A stretch of 64,000 nucleotides of DNA from an uncultured Planctomycetota bacterium (GTDB taxonomy: Bacteria; Planctomycetota; Planctomycetia; Isosphaerales; Isosphaeraceae), in contig CAWJTV010000029.1 in assembly GCA_963845755.1 (NCBI GenBank), positions 32,001 to 96,000 on the forward strand, given 5' to 3'. Position numbers and translations under genes: made by a program. Shown one piece after another: positions 34,248 through 43,783 of the stretch. A model generated the notes under the pieces. The model was not told the DNA's origin. It did not search any database and saw only the letters and a program-made list of their open reading frames with translations. Every line of letters begins with the position of its first letter. Position 1 is the first letter of the stretch.

Positions 34248-35819
34248 ATGGCCAATCATCGTCCAAACCACCGTAAAGGTCAGGGATCGAACCCATCGCG
34301 ACCGGGACAGCGCCCGCGCCCGGGGACCGGGCCGGGCCCTCGGCAGGGATCGTCGGGAAAATCCGGAGGACGACCCTCGGGCGCTCGGTCCAGGGCCGCC
34401 CCGGCCGGTCGCCAGCCGGCGGCATCCACCGGCTCCCGCTCGGAGTCGGGCAAGCCGGAACGGCTCCAGAAGGTCCTGGCGCAGGCCGGTCTGGGCTCGC
34501 GGCGCGGCTGCGAGGAACTGGTCCTCCAGGGCCGGGTCACCGTTGATGGGAAGGTGGTCCGTCTGCTGGGCACGAAGGTCGATGCCGCCCGGGCCCGCAT
34601 CGCGGTCAACGGCGAACCGATTCGTCGGGAACCGATCGTCTACTTCGCCGTCAACAAGCCCAAGGGTTACGTATCGACCAATTTCGACCCATCCGGACGC
34701 CCCCGCGTCGTCGACCTGCTCCCCGAGATCCCCGAACGGGTTTATACCGTCGGACGCCTGGACGAGGACAGCACCGGGCTGATGATCCTGACCAACGACG
34801 GCCATCTGGCCAACGGGCTGGCGCATCCCCGCTACGGCGTCGAGAAGATGTACCGGGCGCTGGTCGCCGGCCTGCCAGCCCCCGAGACGATCGGCAAGTT
34901 GACCGAAGGCATTTGGCTCTCCGACGGAAAGGTCCGCGCCAAGCGGGCCCGGGTCGTGGGCCGCCAGGGCCAGGCCACTCTCGTGGAGCTGGTCCTCGCC
35001 GAGGGGAAGAAGCGCGAGATCCGGCGGATGCTGTCCAAACTCGGACATAAGGTGATGGCGCTGAACCGTGTCGCCGTCGGGCCGATCACGCTCAAGGGGC
35101 TGCCCGTCGGCGAATGCCGGCCCTTGACGCGCCACGAGGTCGACCTGCTCCGCAAAGTCGCGTCCGGGATCGCGGTGTCGGTGCCGGACTTTGCCGATGC
35201 CAAATCGTCGACCCGATCGCGTCGCGACGGACCACCCCGAGACCGGCAACGACCTCACCCACACATCGCGGAACCATCCCGCTCGCCTCGTCGGGAGCGT
35301 GACCGGCCCGCGAGCGAGGAGGACGCCGGAGCGGCCCGGCCGCCGAGACGCCCCGCAGGCGCACGCGATCGCTCGTCCCACGGCGGGTCGCGACCGGTCC
35401 TCCCTCACGATCGGGGCCCCGCCGCATCGGGCACCCGCGGCAGTCCACCGAGCCGGGGCCCTCGCGGCCATGCGGTGGATTCCGGCGCACCACCCGACAC
35501 AGCGACCGGACCGGCGTCCAGGTCGAAGCGGGCTCCGATCGGCGCGAACCCACCTCCCGACAAACCGAAGCGTCCGGCGCGAACCCCCCAGCCCAAAACC
35601 GCTCGACCGGTCTCCGCTCCACCCGAGGAGGCACCACCCCGGCGCCGCATCATCGGACTGGAGGAACCCGCGCCCACCACGGGCCCCCGCCGGACCCTCG
35701 CGGGCCGTCCCGGTCGAAAACGACCGACGGCCCGGAAGCCCAGGCCACCCCGCGGCACGCCGGCACCCCGGCCCAGCCGTCCGGTTCCCGACGAGAAGAC
35801 GAACGACGATGGACCATAA
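34248..35819 (+). CDS. rluB: RsuA/RluB-family pseudouridine synthase with long low-complexity tails
   Basis: ERLQKVLAQAGLGSRR (S4), NKPKGYV, VGRLD..STGLMILTNDG and EGKKREIRRM. Confidence 0.88.
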   Translation: MANHRPNHRKGQGSNPSRPGQRPRPGTGPGPRQGSSGKSGGRPSGARSRAAPAGRQPAASTGSRSESGKPERLQKVLAQAGLGSRRGCEELVLQGRVTVDGKVVRLLGTKVDAARARIAVNGEPIRREPIVYFAVNKPKGYVSTNFDPSGRPRVVDLLPEIPERVYTVGRLDEDSTGLMILTNDGHLANGLAHPRYGVEKMYRALVAGLPAPETIGKLTEGIWLSDGKVRAKRARVVGRQGQATLVELVLAEGKKREIRRMLSKLGHKVMALNRVAVGPITLKGLPVGECRPLTRHEVDLLRKVASGIAVSVPDFADAKSSTRSRRDGPPRDRQRPHPHIAEPSRSPRRERDRPASEEDAGAARPPRRPAGARDRSSHGGSRPVLPHDRGPAASGTRGSPPSRGPRGHAVDSGAPPDTATGPASRSKRAPIGANPPPDKPKRPARTPQPKTARPVSAPPEEAPPRRRIIGLEEPAPTTGPRRTLAGRPGRKRPTARKPRPPRGTPAPRPSRPVPDEKTNDDGP

Positions 35820-35856
35820 TGAAAGTCGGTCAGGCTTTCGCACGGACCGAAGATCA

Positions 35857-36747
35857 ATGTCCCGGCTTGTCCCGATCGTGGAGAACGTGCGGATCGCGAG
35901 GGACACCTACCGCATGAGGCTCGGTGATCCGGAGATGGCGGGGGCGATCCGGCCCGGTCAGTTCGTGATGATCCGGCCGGGACCGGAAGGGACGAGCGAC
36001 CCCTTGCTCGGCCGTCCGCTGGCCCTCTACGATGTGGTCCGCGACCCCGCCGGTGCGGCCGTCGCCTTCGAGATCGTCTATCTGGTCGTCGGGCGAGGGA
36101 CGGCTGCACTCACCCAGCGGCGATCGGGAGAGCGGATATCCGTCTGGGGCCCGCTCGGCAATGGCTTCGGACCACCCCCGGCAGGACCGGTCATCTTCGT
36201 GGCCGGCGGGATCGGACAAACTCCGTTCCTGGCCCTGGGCCGATGGTGGCTCGGGCGGGAATCAACCCAGGAGTTGCCGCGACCGTCCGGAACCACGACG
36301 GCTCTCACTCGCGTTCGAGACACCGAGGCGCGAAAGACTCCTCCGACGATCACGATGCTCTACGGAGTCCGGACCGCCGCGTTCCTGGCGGGCGTCAACG
36401 ACTTCCGCCGCGCCGGGATCGAGGTCGAACTCGCGACCGACGATGGCACAGCCGGCCACCATGGCTTCGTCACCGACCTCCTCGCCCGCCGCCTGGAACG
36501 CGGGGAGCATCCGGCCCGAGTCGTCGGCTGCGGACCGCCCCCGATGCTGGCCACCTTGTCGCGACTGGTCGAACGTCATGGAGTGGCTTGCGACGTCTCG
36601 CTGGAGAACCACATGGCCTGCGGCTTCGGCGCGTGTTTCAGTTGCGTCGCCCCGATTCGCCAGGCCGACGGTTCGACGGACCTGCGGCGCGTCTGCATCG
36701 AAGGGCCGGTGGTCGCCGCGGATCGCGTCGATTGGACGGCGTATTGA
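35857..36747 (+). CDS. pyrK: Dihydroorotate dehydrogenase electron transfer subunit
   Basis: PGQFVM, GPLGNGF, AGGIG..P, ATDDG, CGP..ML and SLE..MACGFGACFSC...VCIEGPV. Confidence 0.9.
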   Translation: MSRLVPIVENVRIARDTYRMRLGDPEMAGAIRPGQFVMIRPGPEGTSDPLLGRPLALYDVVRDPAGAAVAFEIVYLVVGRGTAALTQRRSGERISVWGPLGNGFGPPPAGPVIFVAGGIGQTPFLALGRWWLGRESTQELPRPSGTTTALTRVRDTEARKTPPTITMLYGVRTAAFLAGVNDFRRAGIEVELATDDGTAGHHGFVTDLLARRLERGEHPARVVGCGPPPMLATLSRLVERHGVACDVSLENHMACGFGACFSCVAPIRQADGSTDLRRVCIEGPVVAADRVDWTAY

Positions 36748-36749
36748 GA

Positions 36750-37523
36750 TCAACGCCGAGCCCGGCTCTGGTCCCGGATCCGGTCGCGGAGCCGGGCGGC
36801 CTGCTCGTAATCCTCGCGGGCGACGGCTTCGTCGAGCTGCTCGCGCAGCGTTTTCTCCACCGAGAAGTTCTTGCGGATCTCCTGCTCGATTCCGCGGAGG
36901 GTCTCGATCAGGGCGGGGTTCGGGGATTCGGCCGCGTCGTGTTCGTCCCACCAGTTCCGTTGATGGGCCGAGAGGCGATCGACCCCCTCGCGCAAGGCGT
37001 CAACGGCCTCCTCGGGCCGTCGACGCTCCAGCGCCAGCGCGGTCGCGGCCTGGGTGCGATGGAACAGGACGGGCCCACGGAATTGCTCGTGGGAAGCGAT
37101 GTACTCGTCCTCGAGTCCATGCCGGTGGATGAAGTCCATGAGGGCGAGCGTATGATCCGCGTCCAGGATGGCCTTGTCGTAGCGACGAAGGGCCAGCCAC
37201 GCCACGCGCCGATGATAGAACTGGATGAATTCGCGATCGGCCTCCGAGCACTGGTGCGACGTCATCATCCACGGCGGGGCCTTACCCCCCGGCGCCTGGC
37301 CTCGTCCCGCCGCGTTATGCCGCAGGTAATCGAGATAGGTCGCGAAGCCGTGGGGCCGCAGGCCATCGGGTCGTCCCCCGACCTCGAGCTGGAGCACCCC
37401 CAGCTCGATCCGGACCTGCAAGACCGTGCGTCCGTCGCGCGCCCGGACTTCTCGCGCCAGGACTTCCCCAGGCTCGGGGTCGTACGGCCAACCCTGGATC
37501 ACGTCATCCAAGTCCCGTCGCAT
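36750..37523 (-). CDS. UvrB/UvrC-motif-containing protein
   Basis: LQVRIELGVLQLE..GRPDG.RPHG N-terminus; C-terminal LDEAVAREDYEQAARLRDRI (UVR motif). Confidence 0.85.
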   Translation of the reverse strand: MRRDLDDVIQGWPYDPEPGEVLAREVRARDGRTVLQVRIELGVLQLEVGGRPDGLRPHGFATYLDYLRHNAAGRGQAPGGKAPPWMMTSHQCSEADREFIQFYHRRVAWLALRRYDKAILDADHTLALMDFIHRHGLEDEYIASHEQFRGPVLFHRTQAATALALERRRPEEAVDALREGVDRLSAHQRNWWDEHDAAESPNPALIETLRGIEQEIRKNFSVEKTLREQLDEAVAREDYEQAARLRDRIRDQSRARR

Positions 37524-37867
37524 CACGTTCCCCCGCCCCGTCCCGTTGTCTCGTGCCACGGCTCGCGCGAGCCGACTTCTCGCGGAACAGCCCCGCCTCC
37601 CACCGATTCTTCACAATTGGTCGAGGCGCGTCTCCCGAGTTCTTGATCCGATCCGATGCACCCGAAGCCCTCTGAGACTCCAGTTTGAATTATAGCACTC
37701 CCCTCCTCTCGAATCCTACTGGTTGTCGTAGGGAGGATCCACGGAATCCCCGACGTGTTTGACGCATGCAACATCACCACCGCGGACCGGGACCCGGCCC
37801 ACGAAAGCCGATCACCTCGATGCCAGCGTCTCGACCCGACGAGGTCACGACAGCGGGACTGCGAGAC

Positions 37868-38433
37868 CCAACGCGGCCTCAGGCCGTAACCCCAAAAGGG
37901 ATTCAAGATTCGAGATTCCGGATTCCAGAAGCGGAATGATCCGGGATTCCGGAATCTCGAATCCGGAATTCGGAATCCCCAGAGGCGCGCACGGCGAGGG
38001 ATCCTACGGAGGAAGACGCTGACGCGGCCTGCGGCCGCAACCCCATCGGGATTCCCGATTCGCGATCCCGGATTCCCGAAGGGGAATGATCCGGGAATCC
38101 GGAATCGCGAATCCGGAATTCGGAATCCCCAGAGGCGCGGCAGCGGCAAGGGATCCTACGGAGGACGACTCTAACACGCTGTTTCAAAACAGGGCCTGGC
38201 TCCGAGTCTTCGAGGTGCCTGTCCCCCTTTTGAATCCACCTCTAACGCGGCCGGTCCGCAACCCCGTCGTCCCCAACAGGATTTCACGCGGAGGCGCGGT
38301 GGACGCGGAGAAATCCCTCATCAGTCCCGATCCGATTCTTAACCGTCAGCGTCCTCCTCCGCGCCTCCTCGTGAGAATCTTCCCTTCCGAAGATGCGCGG
38401 CACGGCGCAGAGATCCTACGGAGGAAGACGCTA
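37868..38433 (+). repeat. Three copies of a ~150-190 bp palindromic repeat element (A 37868-38018, B 38019-38170, C 38242-38430)
   Basis: Each starts CYRAC-GCGGCC-loop-GG(C/T)CG(C/T)AACC and ends GATCCTACGGAGGA(A/C)GAC-N-CTRA(C). A and B have a GATTCCG/GAATCCG heptamer hairpin inside; C has a different hairpin. Confidence 0.85.
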
Positions 38434-38803
38434 CGAGCCCGACGCGCCAGCAAGTGGATTCCGGAAGGGAAGATCCATTCGCGCGCTGGCGCTTTGGGCT
38501 CGCATCCGATCGCGGCAGCGGCCACCCATACTGGCCCAGGAGCCAAGCCTTCTACGCGCGATCGAATTCCCTGTGACCCGACGAGAATAAAGATCAGGGA
38601 ATGAAACATCATCGGACCACGAAGGTTCAAGGAAAGCAACGCACGCGATCGTCGCGTGGAAGGGCCGCATCATTAGTGTTCGAGAAACGATCAACTTATT
38701 CCAAAAGGACGATTATTGATTACCTTGTTTATGTTGAGTACCATCCGTCCGCTCGCAGGCGGGATGGGGCATCAACGATTCTTCACCCGTGGAGCGAATT
38801 CCT

Positions 38804-39541
38804 ATGGAAGCGATGTGCGATCCAGCCTCGGTGAGCGGCCGTGTGGCGCCAAATCCCGTCTGTCGGATCGGCCGACCCGCGCTGGGATTGGCGATCTTGG
38901 TCCTCGCTGCGACGGCGTCCGCCGGAGGCCGAGCCGAGGCCGGTTCCCTGTACGTTGGAACTAACTACAGTCCCCCGTTTAACTTCACATTGAACGGTAT
39001 CTCGGAATCCTCGCCCGGAGGGAATATCACCCCTTCGACCCTCAATGGCGTCGCCTTACCGTATCTGTACTGCATCGCGGAAGACGTCAACATTTATGTG
39101 GGCAATACTTATAAGACCACCGTTTCTACCACCGGTTATTACAACGGCCATCTCATGAACAATGCCGGCCAGATCGCCTGGCTAATGACGAACCTCGCGC
39201 CGTCGGCAACGACGTTGGCCGAGCAAGAGGGCCTCCAGGGGGCGATCTGGCAGCAGGTCTACGGATCGAACTTCGTCTTCGATCAGACAAACAATGATCC
39301 GAATGTCATCGCCGCCTTCAACGCCGATATCGCCGCCCTGGATGGTCATACCGCGCCCGTGGACAGTCTGCTCTGGCTGACTCCGTTCAACAGTGATTGT
39401 TCGGTTGCCCAGGGCCTGGTCGCCCTCAACGCGGTCCCCGAGCCGGCTTCCTTCGTCCTCGCCGGATTCGGCAGCTTGGGCCTTGTGTTGTACTACCGAC
39501 TGCGTCGCCGCAAACCATGCGGTCTGACTCAGCCCGGCTGA
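38804..39541 (+). CDS. PEP-CTERM sorting-domain protein
   Basis: Signal peptide ending AEAG; C-terminal VPEPASFVLAGFGSLGLVLYYRLRRRK. Confidence 0.88.
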   Translation: MEAMCDPASVSGRVAPNPVCRIGRPALGLAILVLAATASAGGRAEAGSLYVGTNYSPPFNFTLNGISESSPGGNITPSTLNGVALPYLYCIAEDVNIYVGNTYKTTVSTTGYYNGHLMNNAGQIAWLMTNLAPSATTLAEQEGLQGAIWQQVYGSNFVFDQTNNDPNVIAAFNADIAALDGHTAPVDSLLWLTPFNSDCSVAQGLVALNAVPEPASFVLAGFGSLGLVLYYRLRRRKPCGLTQPG

Positions 39542-40201
39542 GGGAGGGTAAGGAGGGGGTGTCACCGACGCCCTCTTACGCCGATCACGACATGTGATCG
39601 TTCCCCTGATGGGTCTGGGCCTCTTCCGCCCCACCGGGAAAAGTGGCTCCGCTTGATTGAACGATCGAACAGATCTCATGGCCCGCTCTCAAGTCGATCC
39701 ACCGATCGCTCGAGTAGGCGCCGGCCCTGACTGAAACTGCAAATCGGCAGGGTCTTACCTGATTAAAAGTTCACTCTACCAGACCACCCAAACCCGGTCT
39801 TTCCATTTCACGGTGAACCAGCAAAGAACGGAATCAACAACTGGCCCGCCCACCAATACCGCTCCCCGCCCCGTAGGATGACTGCCGCCATGCGGGTGCC
39901 TCCTTCCATGGAGCCGATGACGGCGTGTCATAGCAAAAAAACCCAAACCAGGGAACAATGCTTTTCTGGTTCCCGGGAGGGGAAACGAACGGGTACGTAG
40001 CGAGTTTCCCAGTCTTCGGCGTTATCTTCGGATCAGCCCCGCCGGCAAGTCCACGAAGAAGGAGCTGAAAAGGGATTACGAGCTGAAAAGGGGGCGGCGC
40101 AGGCTCGAATGCGCCGATCCGAAGATCCCACAGGATGGAACAATTGGTCCTCGGCGCGACATTACTGCGTAGAGACCCGATTGGAGGAGGACGGATTCGC
40201 G

Positions 40202-42823
40202 ATGCCCGGCCTAGATAACAGGATTCTTCGACAGATCGATGACGTGTTCAATGCCGGGACGGTCGTCGGGCTGACAGACCGGCAGCTCGTGGAGCGATTC
40301 ACGGCGCGAGGTGACCCGAACGCCGAGGTCGCCTTCGCGGCCCTGGTCCGTCGGCACGGTGCGATGGTGTTGCGCGTCTGCCGGAACATCCTCCGCGACC
40401 ACCACGACGCCGAGGACGCGCTCCAGGCGACCTTCTTGATCCTGGCACGCAAGGCCGGGTCGCTCTGGGTGGAGGATTCGTTGGGACCCTGGCTCCACGG
40501 GGTGGCTTGTCGTGTCGCATCCACCGCCAGGGCGGCCGCCGCTCGACGTCGGGCTCACGAGAGCAAGGTCGCCCGGCTGACGACGACTCTCATCTCCGAG
40601 AAAGCCCCGGACGATTCCTCCGCGATCCTTCACGAAGAGCTCGCGAAGCTGCCCGATCGGTATCGTGCGACGGTCGTCCTCTGCGACCTGGAAGGACGCA
40701 CTTACGAAGAAGCGGCGCACGAACTCCGCCGACCGGTCGGAACGATCAAGAGCCGCCTGGCGCGGGGCCGCGAGCACCTGCGAAGTCGGATGATACGACG
40801 CGGCGTGGTTTCACCGGCGGTTGCGCTCGCCGGGGCGATCTCGGTCGAGTCGTCGCGATCCGCGGTCTCCGCGGCCACGGTTGATACAGTCTCTCGCCTC
40901 GCCACCCGAATCATCGCCGGGTCCACGGCGACGGATGGGATCCCCTCCGCCGCCCTCGTACTCACGGAAGGAGTGCTCAAGACCATGTTCCTTTCCAAGT
41001 TGAAGCTGGCTGCGGCGGTCGTGCTGGTCGTCTGCGGCATGTTATCCGCCTCGGTGCCCCACATCGGCTTGATCCCGAGTGAAGCCGGGCAAGTCGCCAA
41101 CCAGGGGGAACCATCGTCGAGCGACCTCGCCGAGCCGACGACGCCAACCCCAGTCCCGGCGAGTTCCCCCGCGTCGCCGCTACCCTCGCCGGACGACCCG
41201 GGTGCGCCCGCGGCCAAACCCTGGGAGACCGTGGTCCGGATCAAGATCCTCCACGATGCGAGTATCGGCCTCGGTTCCGGGACGATCATTCGTAGTTCGC
41301 CGGCTGAGTCGCTCATCCTGAGCTCGGCACATCAATTCAAGCTCGACAGGCCAGTGGCTCCCCGGGAGATCTCGTACCGAATGAAGGTTGACCTCTTCGA
41401 AGGGACTGGGCCGGCGCAAATCCAGTATCTCGAAACCGTCGATGGCGAGGTCGTCGATTGTGATTTCGAGCGCGACATCAGCCTGGTCCGGGTCAGACCG
41501 GGTCGTCTGTTGCCGACTTCGAAGGTTGTCCCACGGCGATGGGTGCCGCGTGCTCGGATGAAGATGCTCACGCTCGGCTGTTCGGAAGGCCGAGACCCGA
41601 CGGCCGGAAATACCCACATCACCAACCCTCGCTTCCGCGGATTGTTGGGCAACCCTGGGTATCAGGCGATCGAATGTCAGACCGCCCCCAAGCAAGGTCG
41701 AACGGGAGGTGGATTGTTCACCAAGGACGGGTACCTCGCGGGAGTCTGCAACTTCGCCGAGCCGAACGCGGATCACGGGCTGTACGCCGGCCCCGATTCG
41801 ATCTACCTCCTCCTGGATCGAAATCATCTGACCTTCCTCTACGACGCGTCCGTGGTCACCGAGAAGGAGATCGACGATCTGCTCCGGGCGGCCGAAGAAC
41901 AGCTCGAGAAGGATGACCGGGAGGGAGCTGGCCGGACGATCCACCAGGTGGATGCGCTCATCGAAGCGCGACGCAAGGGGTTGCAGGACGCGCTGCGATC
42001 GCTGGATGCCAACGACTCGCGACGTCGAAACGACCTGTTCCGACGGGCTTCCGAGAGCGGGTCCGACCCTCAAGGGAATGCGATTCCCAAGGAAGACATC
42101 CGCGAGCCTGGGAGCGAACTCACGCCGGACTCAACACTTCAACCCGGAGCCGACGCCCGGCTCGGCCGCATCCTCGACGAGTGGCGCCGCCGATCGGCCG
42201 CCTGCACGAGCCTGGACGTCCGGTTCACCGGGCGCGACCGCCGTCCTGACTGGAACGAGGACGAACCTCTGGCCGGTCGGATCGTCCTGACGTCCGGCGG
42301 ACGGGCGTTCGTTGAGGTCGTCAGAGGAGTCGGAAAAGGAAGCCAGAGGGAGCGCATCATCTGGACGGATGACGCCATGCACCAGTTCCTCGTCGAGCAG
42401 AAGACGCACATCGTCAGGCCCATTGGCGCACAAAATCGAGGACGCCTCCCGGCGTTCCTCGCCCTGCCGTTCTTCTGGAATCTGAACGCCGAGAACCTGA
42501 AATCCCGGTATAGCCTGGAACTCGTCAAGGAAGAGGCCGAGACCTGGTCCCTCCGCGTGACTCCGCTGTCCAAGGTCGGACGGGAAACCTTCTCCAAGGC
42601 TCTGATCGAGCTCGATCGGTTGACCTATCTTCTGAAGCGTTATCTCCTGATCAGCCCCGACGGCAAGTCCACGAAGGACTTCCGTGTCACCGAGGCGCGA
42701 CGCAACCAGCCGGTTCCCGAGGAGATCTGTGCACTTCCCGATGACAGTGGCTGGAAAGTGGATCGGATCGAGGATGCCGCAGCCCATCTTTTCCCGAAGG
42801 TCAATCTCGACCTGCTCCCGTGA
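40202..42823 (+). CDS. ECF sigma-70 factor with TM segment, trypsin-like domain and LolA-like C-terminal domain
   Basis: AFAALVRRHG.MV..VCR..L...HDAEDALQATFL.L, LGPWLHGVA and LCDLEG.TYEEAA...GTIKSRL.RGR. TM LAAAVVLVVCGML. Trypsin-like GSGTII...SAH...D...GRTGGGLF. C-terminal ILDEW...SLDVRF...LPFF...LKSRY. Confidence 0.85.
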   Translation: MPGLDNRILRQIDDVFNAGTVVGLTDRQLVERFTARGDPNAEVAFAALVRRHGAMVLRVCRNILRDHHDAEDALQATFLILARKAGSLWVEDSLGPWLHGVACRVASTARAAAARRRAHESKVARLTTTLISEKAPDDSSAILHEELAKLPDRYRATVVLCDLEGRTYEEAAHELRRPVGTIKSRLARGREHLRSRMIRRGVVSPAVALAGAISVESSRSAVSAATVDTVSRLATRIIAGSTATDGIPSAALVLTEGVLKTMFLSKLKLAAAVVLVVCGMLSASVPHIGLIPSEAGQVANQGEPSSSDLAEPTTPTPVPASSPASPLPSPDDPGAPAAKPWETVVRIKILHDASIGLGSGTIIRSSPAESLILSSAHQFKLDRPVAPREISYRMKVDLFEGTGPAQIQYLETVDGEVVDCDFERDISLVRVRPGRLLPTSKVVPRRWVPRARMKMLTLGCSEGRDPTAGNTHITNPRFRGLLGNPGYQAIECQTAPKQGRTGGGLFTKDGYLAGVCNFAEPNADHGLYAGPDSIYLLLDRNHLTFLYDASVVTEKEIDDLLRAAEEQLEKDDREGAGRTIHQVDALIEARRKGLQDALRSLDANDSRRRNDLFRRASESGSDPQGNAIPKEDIREPGSELTPDSTLQPGADARLGRILDEWRRRSAACTSLDVRFTGRDRRPDWNEDEPLAGRIVLTSGGRAFVEVVRGVGKGSQRERIIWTDDAMHQFLVEQKTHIVRPIGAQNRGRLPAFLALPFFWNLNAENLKSRYSLELVKEEAETWSLRVTPLSKVGRETFSKALIELDRLTYLLKRYLLISPDGKSTKDFRVTEARRNQPVPEEICALPDDSGWKVDRIEDAAAHLFPKVNLDLLP

Positions 42824-42908
42824 AACGCCGATTTCTGTGGTTCGTGTCTCCTGCACCAGACGTCTCCGTTCGCGAGTGCGGATTCGACGCGCCTTGCAGA
42901 AAGACGGT

Positions 42909-43075
42909 ATGGCTCTCTCGTATCGCGAGATCGCCGAAGTGTTCGGCGTGAGTGCGGATGTGGTGCGAGGAGCAGCGCGGCGGATCCGAGGGCGTTATCG
43001 CGAACTACTGCGCAAAGAGGTCGGCCGCACAATCGGCAACCCGAGGCGATCGACGAAGAATTCGACACTCCTCGC
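42909..43075 (+). pseudogene. Fragment of an ECF sigma factor region 4
   Basis: LSYREIAEVFGVSADVVRGAARRIRGRYRELLRKEVGRT; no region 2 upstream. Confidence 0.6.
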
Positions 43076-43105
43076 TCATCACCACCTCGGTTCGACAGAG
43101 TTCTC

Positions 43106-43315
43106 TACGCCAACGGCGTTGCACAGCAAAGCCCAGGGTCGCCGCAGGCGCACCCTGGGAACGTCGAGTCGCCACCGAGTTCCGGTTTCCCTCTCCTCCG
43201 GCGCACCCCAACGGGGTTTCCCCAGCCCGACGCTCCGGTTCGCCTGGGGAGGAAGTTCCCGACCCAGGGTGCGCCTGCGGCGAACCTGGGCTTTGCTCTT
43301 AACGCCTTTGGCGTA
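43106..43315. repeat. REPIN-like long inverted repeat
   Basis: Arms 43106-43159 and 43263-43315 are near-perfect reverse complements (TACGCCAA.GGCGTT...AGCAAAGCCCAGG.TCGCCGCAGGCGCACCCTGGG), each with internal hairpins. Confidence 0.8.
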
Positions 43316-43384
43316 AGGGTTGCCGCGGAATCCCGCTCGTCGGTTCATGAACCGAGTGGTGTTCGGCGAGAAGTGTCACAGCCG

Positions 43385-43567
43385 TGAAGGTCGCCGACGA
43401 CGACCTCGGCGCCGATGGCCCGGAGCGACTCGGCGCGTTCATCTTCGGTGCGGATGGGCGCGTGGACGGGCGCGCCGCGTTCGCGAAGGATCTCGACCAC
43501 CTCGCGACCCACTCCGCCGACGCGGCCGGCGAGCGCCCGTGACGAGAATCGGCGCGTCGATCGACAT
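43385..43567 (-). pseudogene. Truncated NmrA/NAD(P)-binding Rossmann protein (N-terminal ~60 aa)
   Basis: MSIDAPILVTGA / GRVGGVGREVVEILRERGAPV..IRTEDERAESLRAIGAEVVVGDL, then homology ends. Confidence 0.7.
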
Positions 43568-43783
43568 GAAGGTGGCTCCCTGGTGGACAATGGAAGATCC
43601 GCACCGTCGCCGGCGACGGGAGCGGCAACTCCCCGACCCCCGGACCATTGTAGGACGATCGTCATCGAAGTCGAAGGCCGACTGCTCCCCTCGCGTCGCG
43701 TCGCGGTTTTCCTGGCGCCTCGTTGACTTGCCAGATCACGCTCGTAATATGAGGATCGATCCCTGGCCAATTCACGCCCTGAC

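Noticed and set aside
37868..38433. CRISPR or protein-coding ORFs over the heptamer repeats
   Set aside because: Units are ~150 bp with no unique spacers; the ORFs (e.g. 37523-38149) are translations of the repeat.
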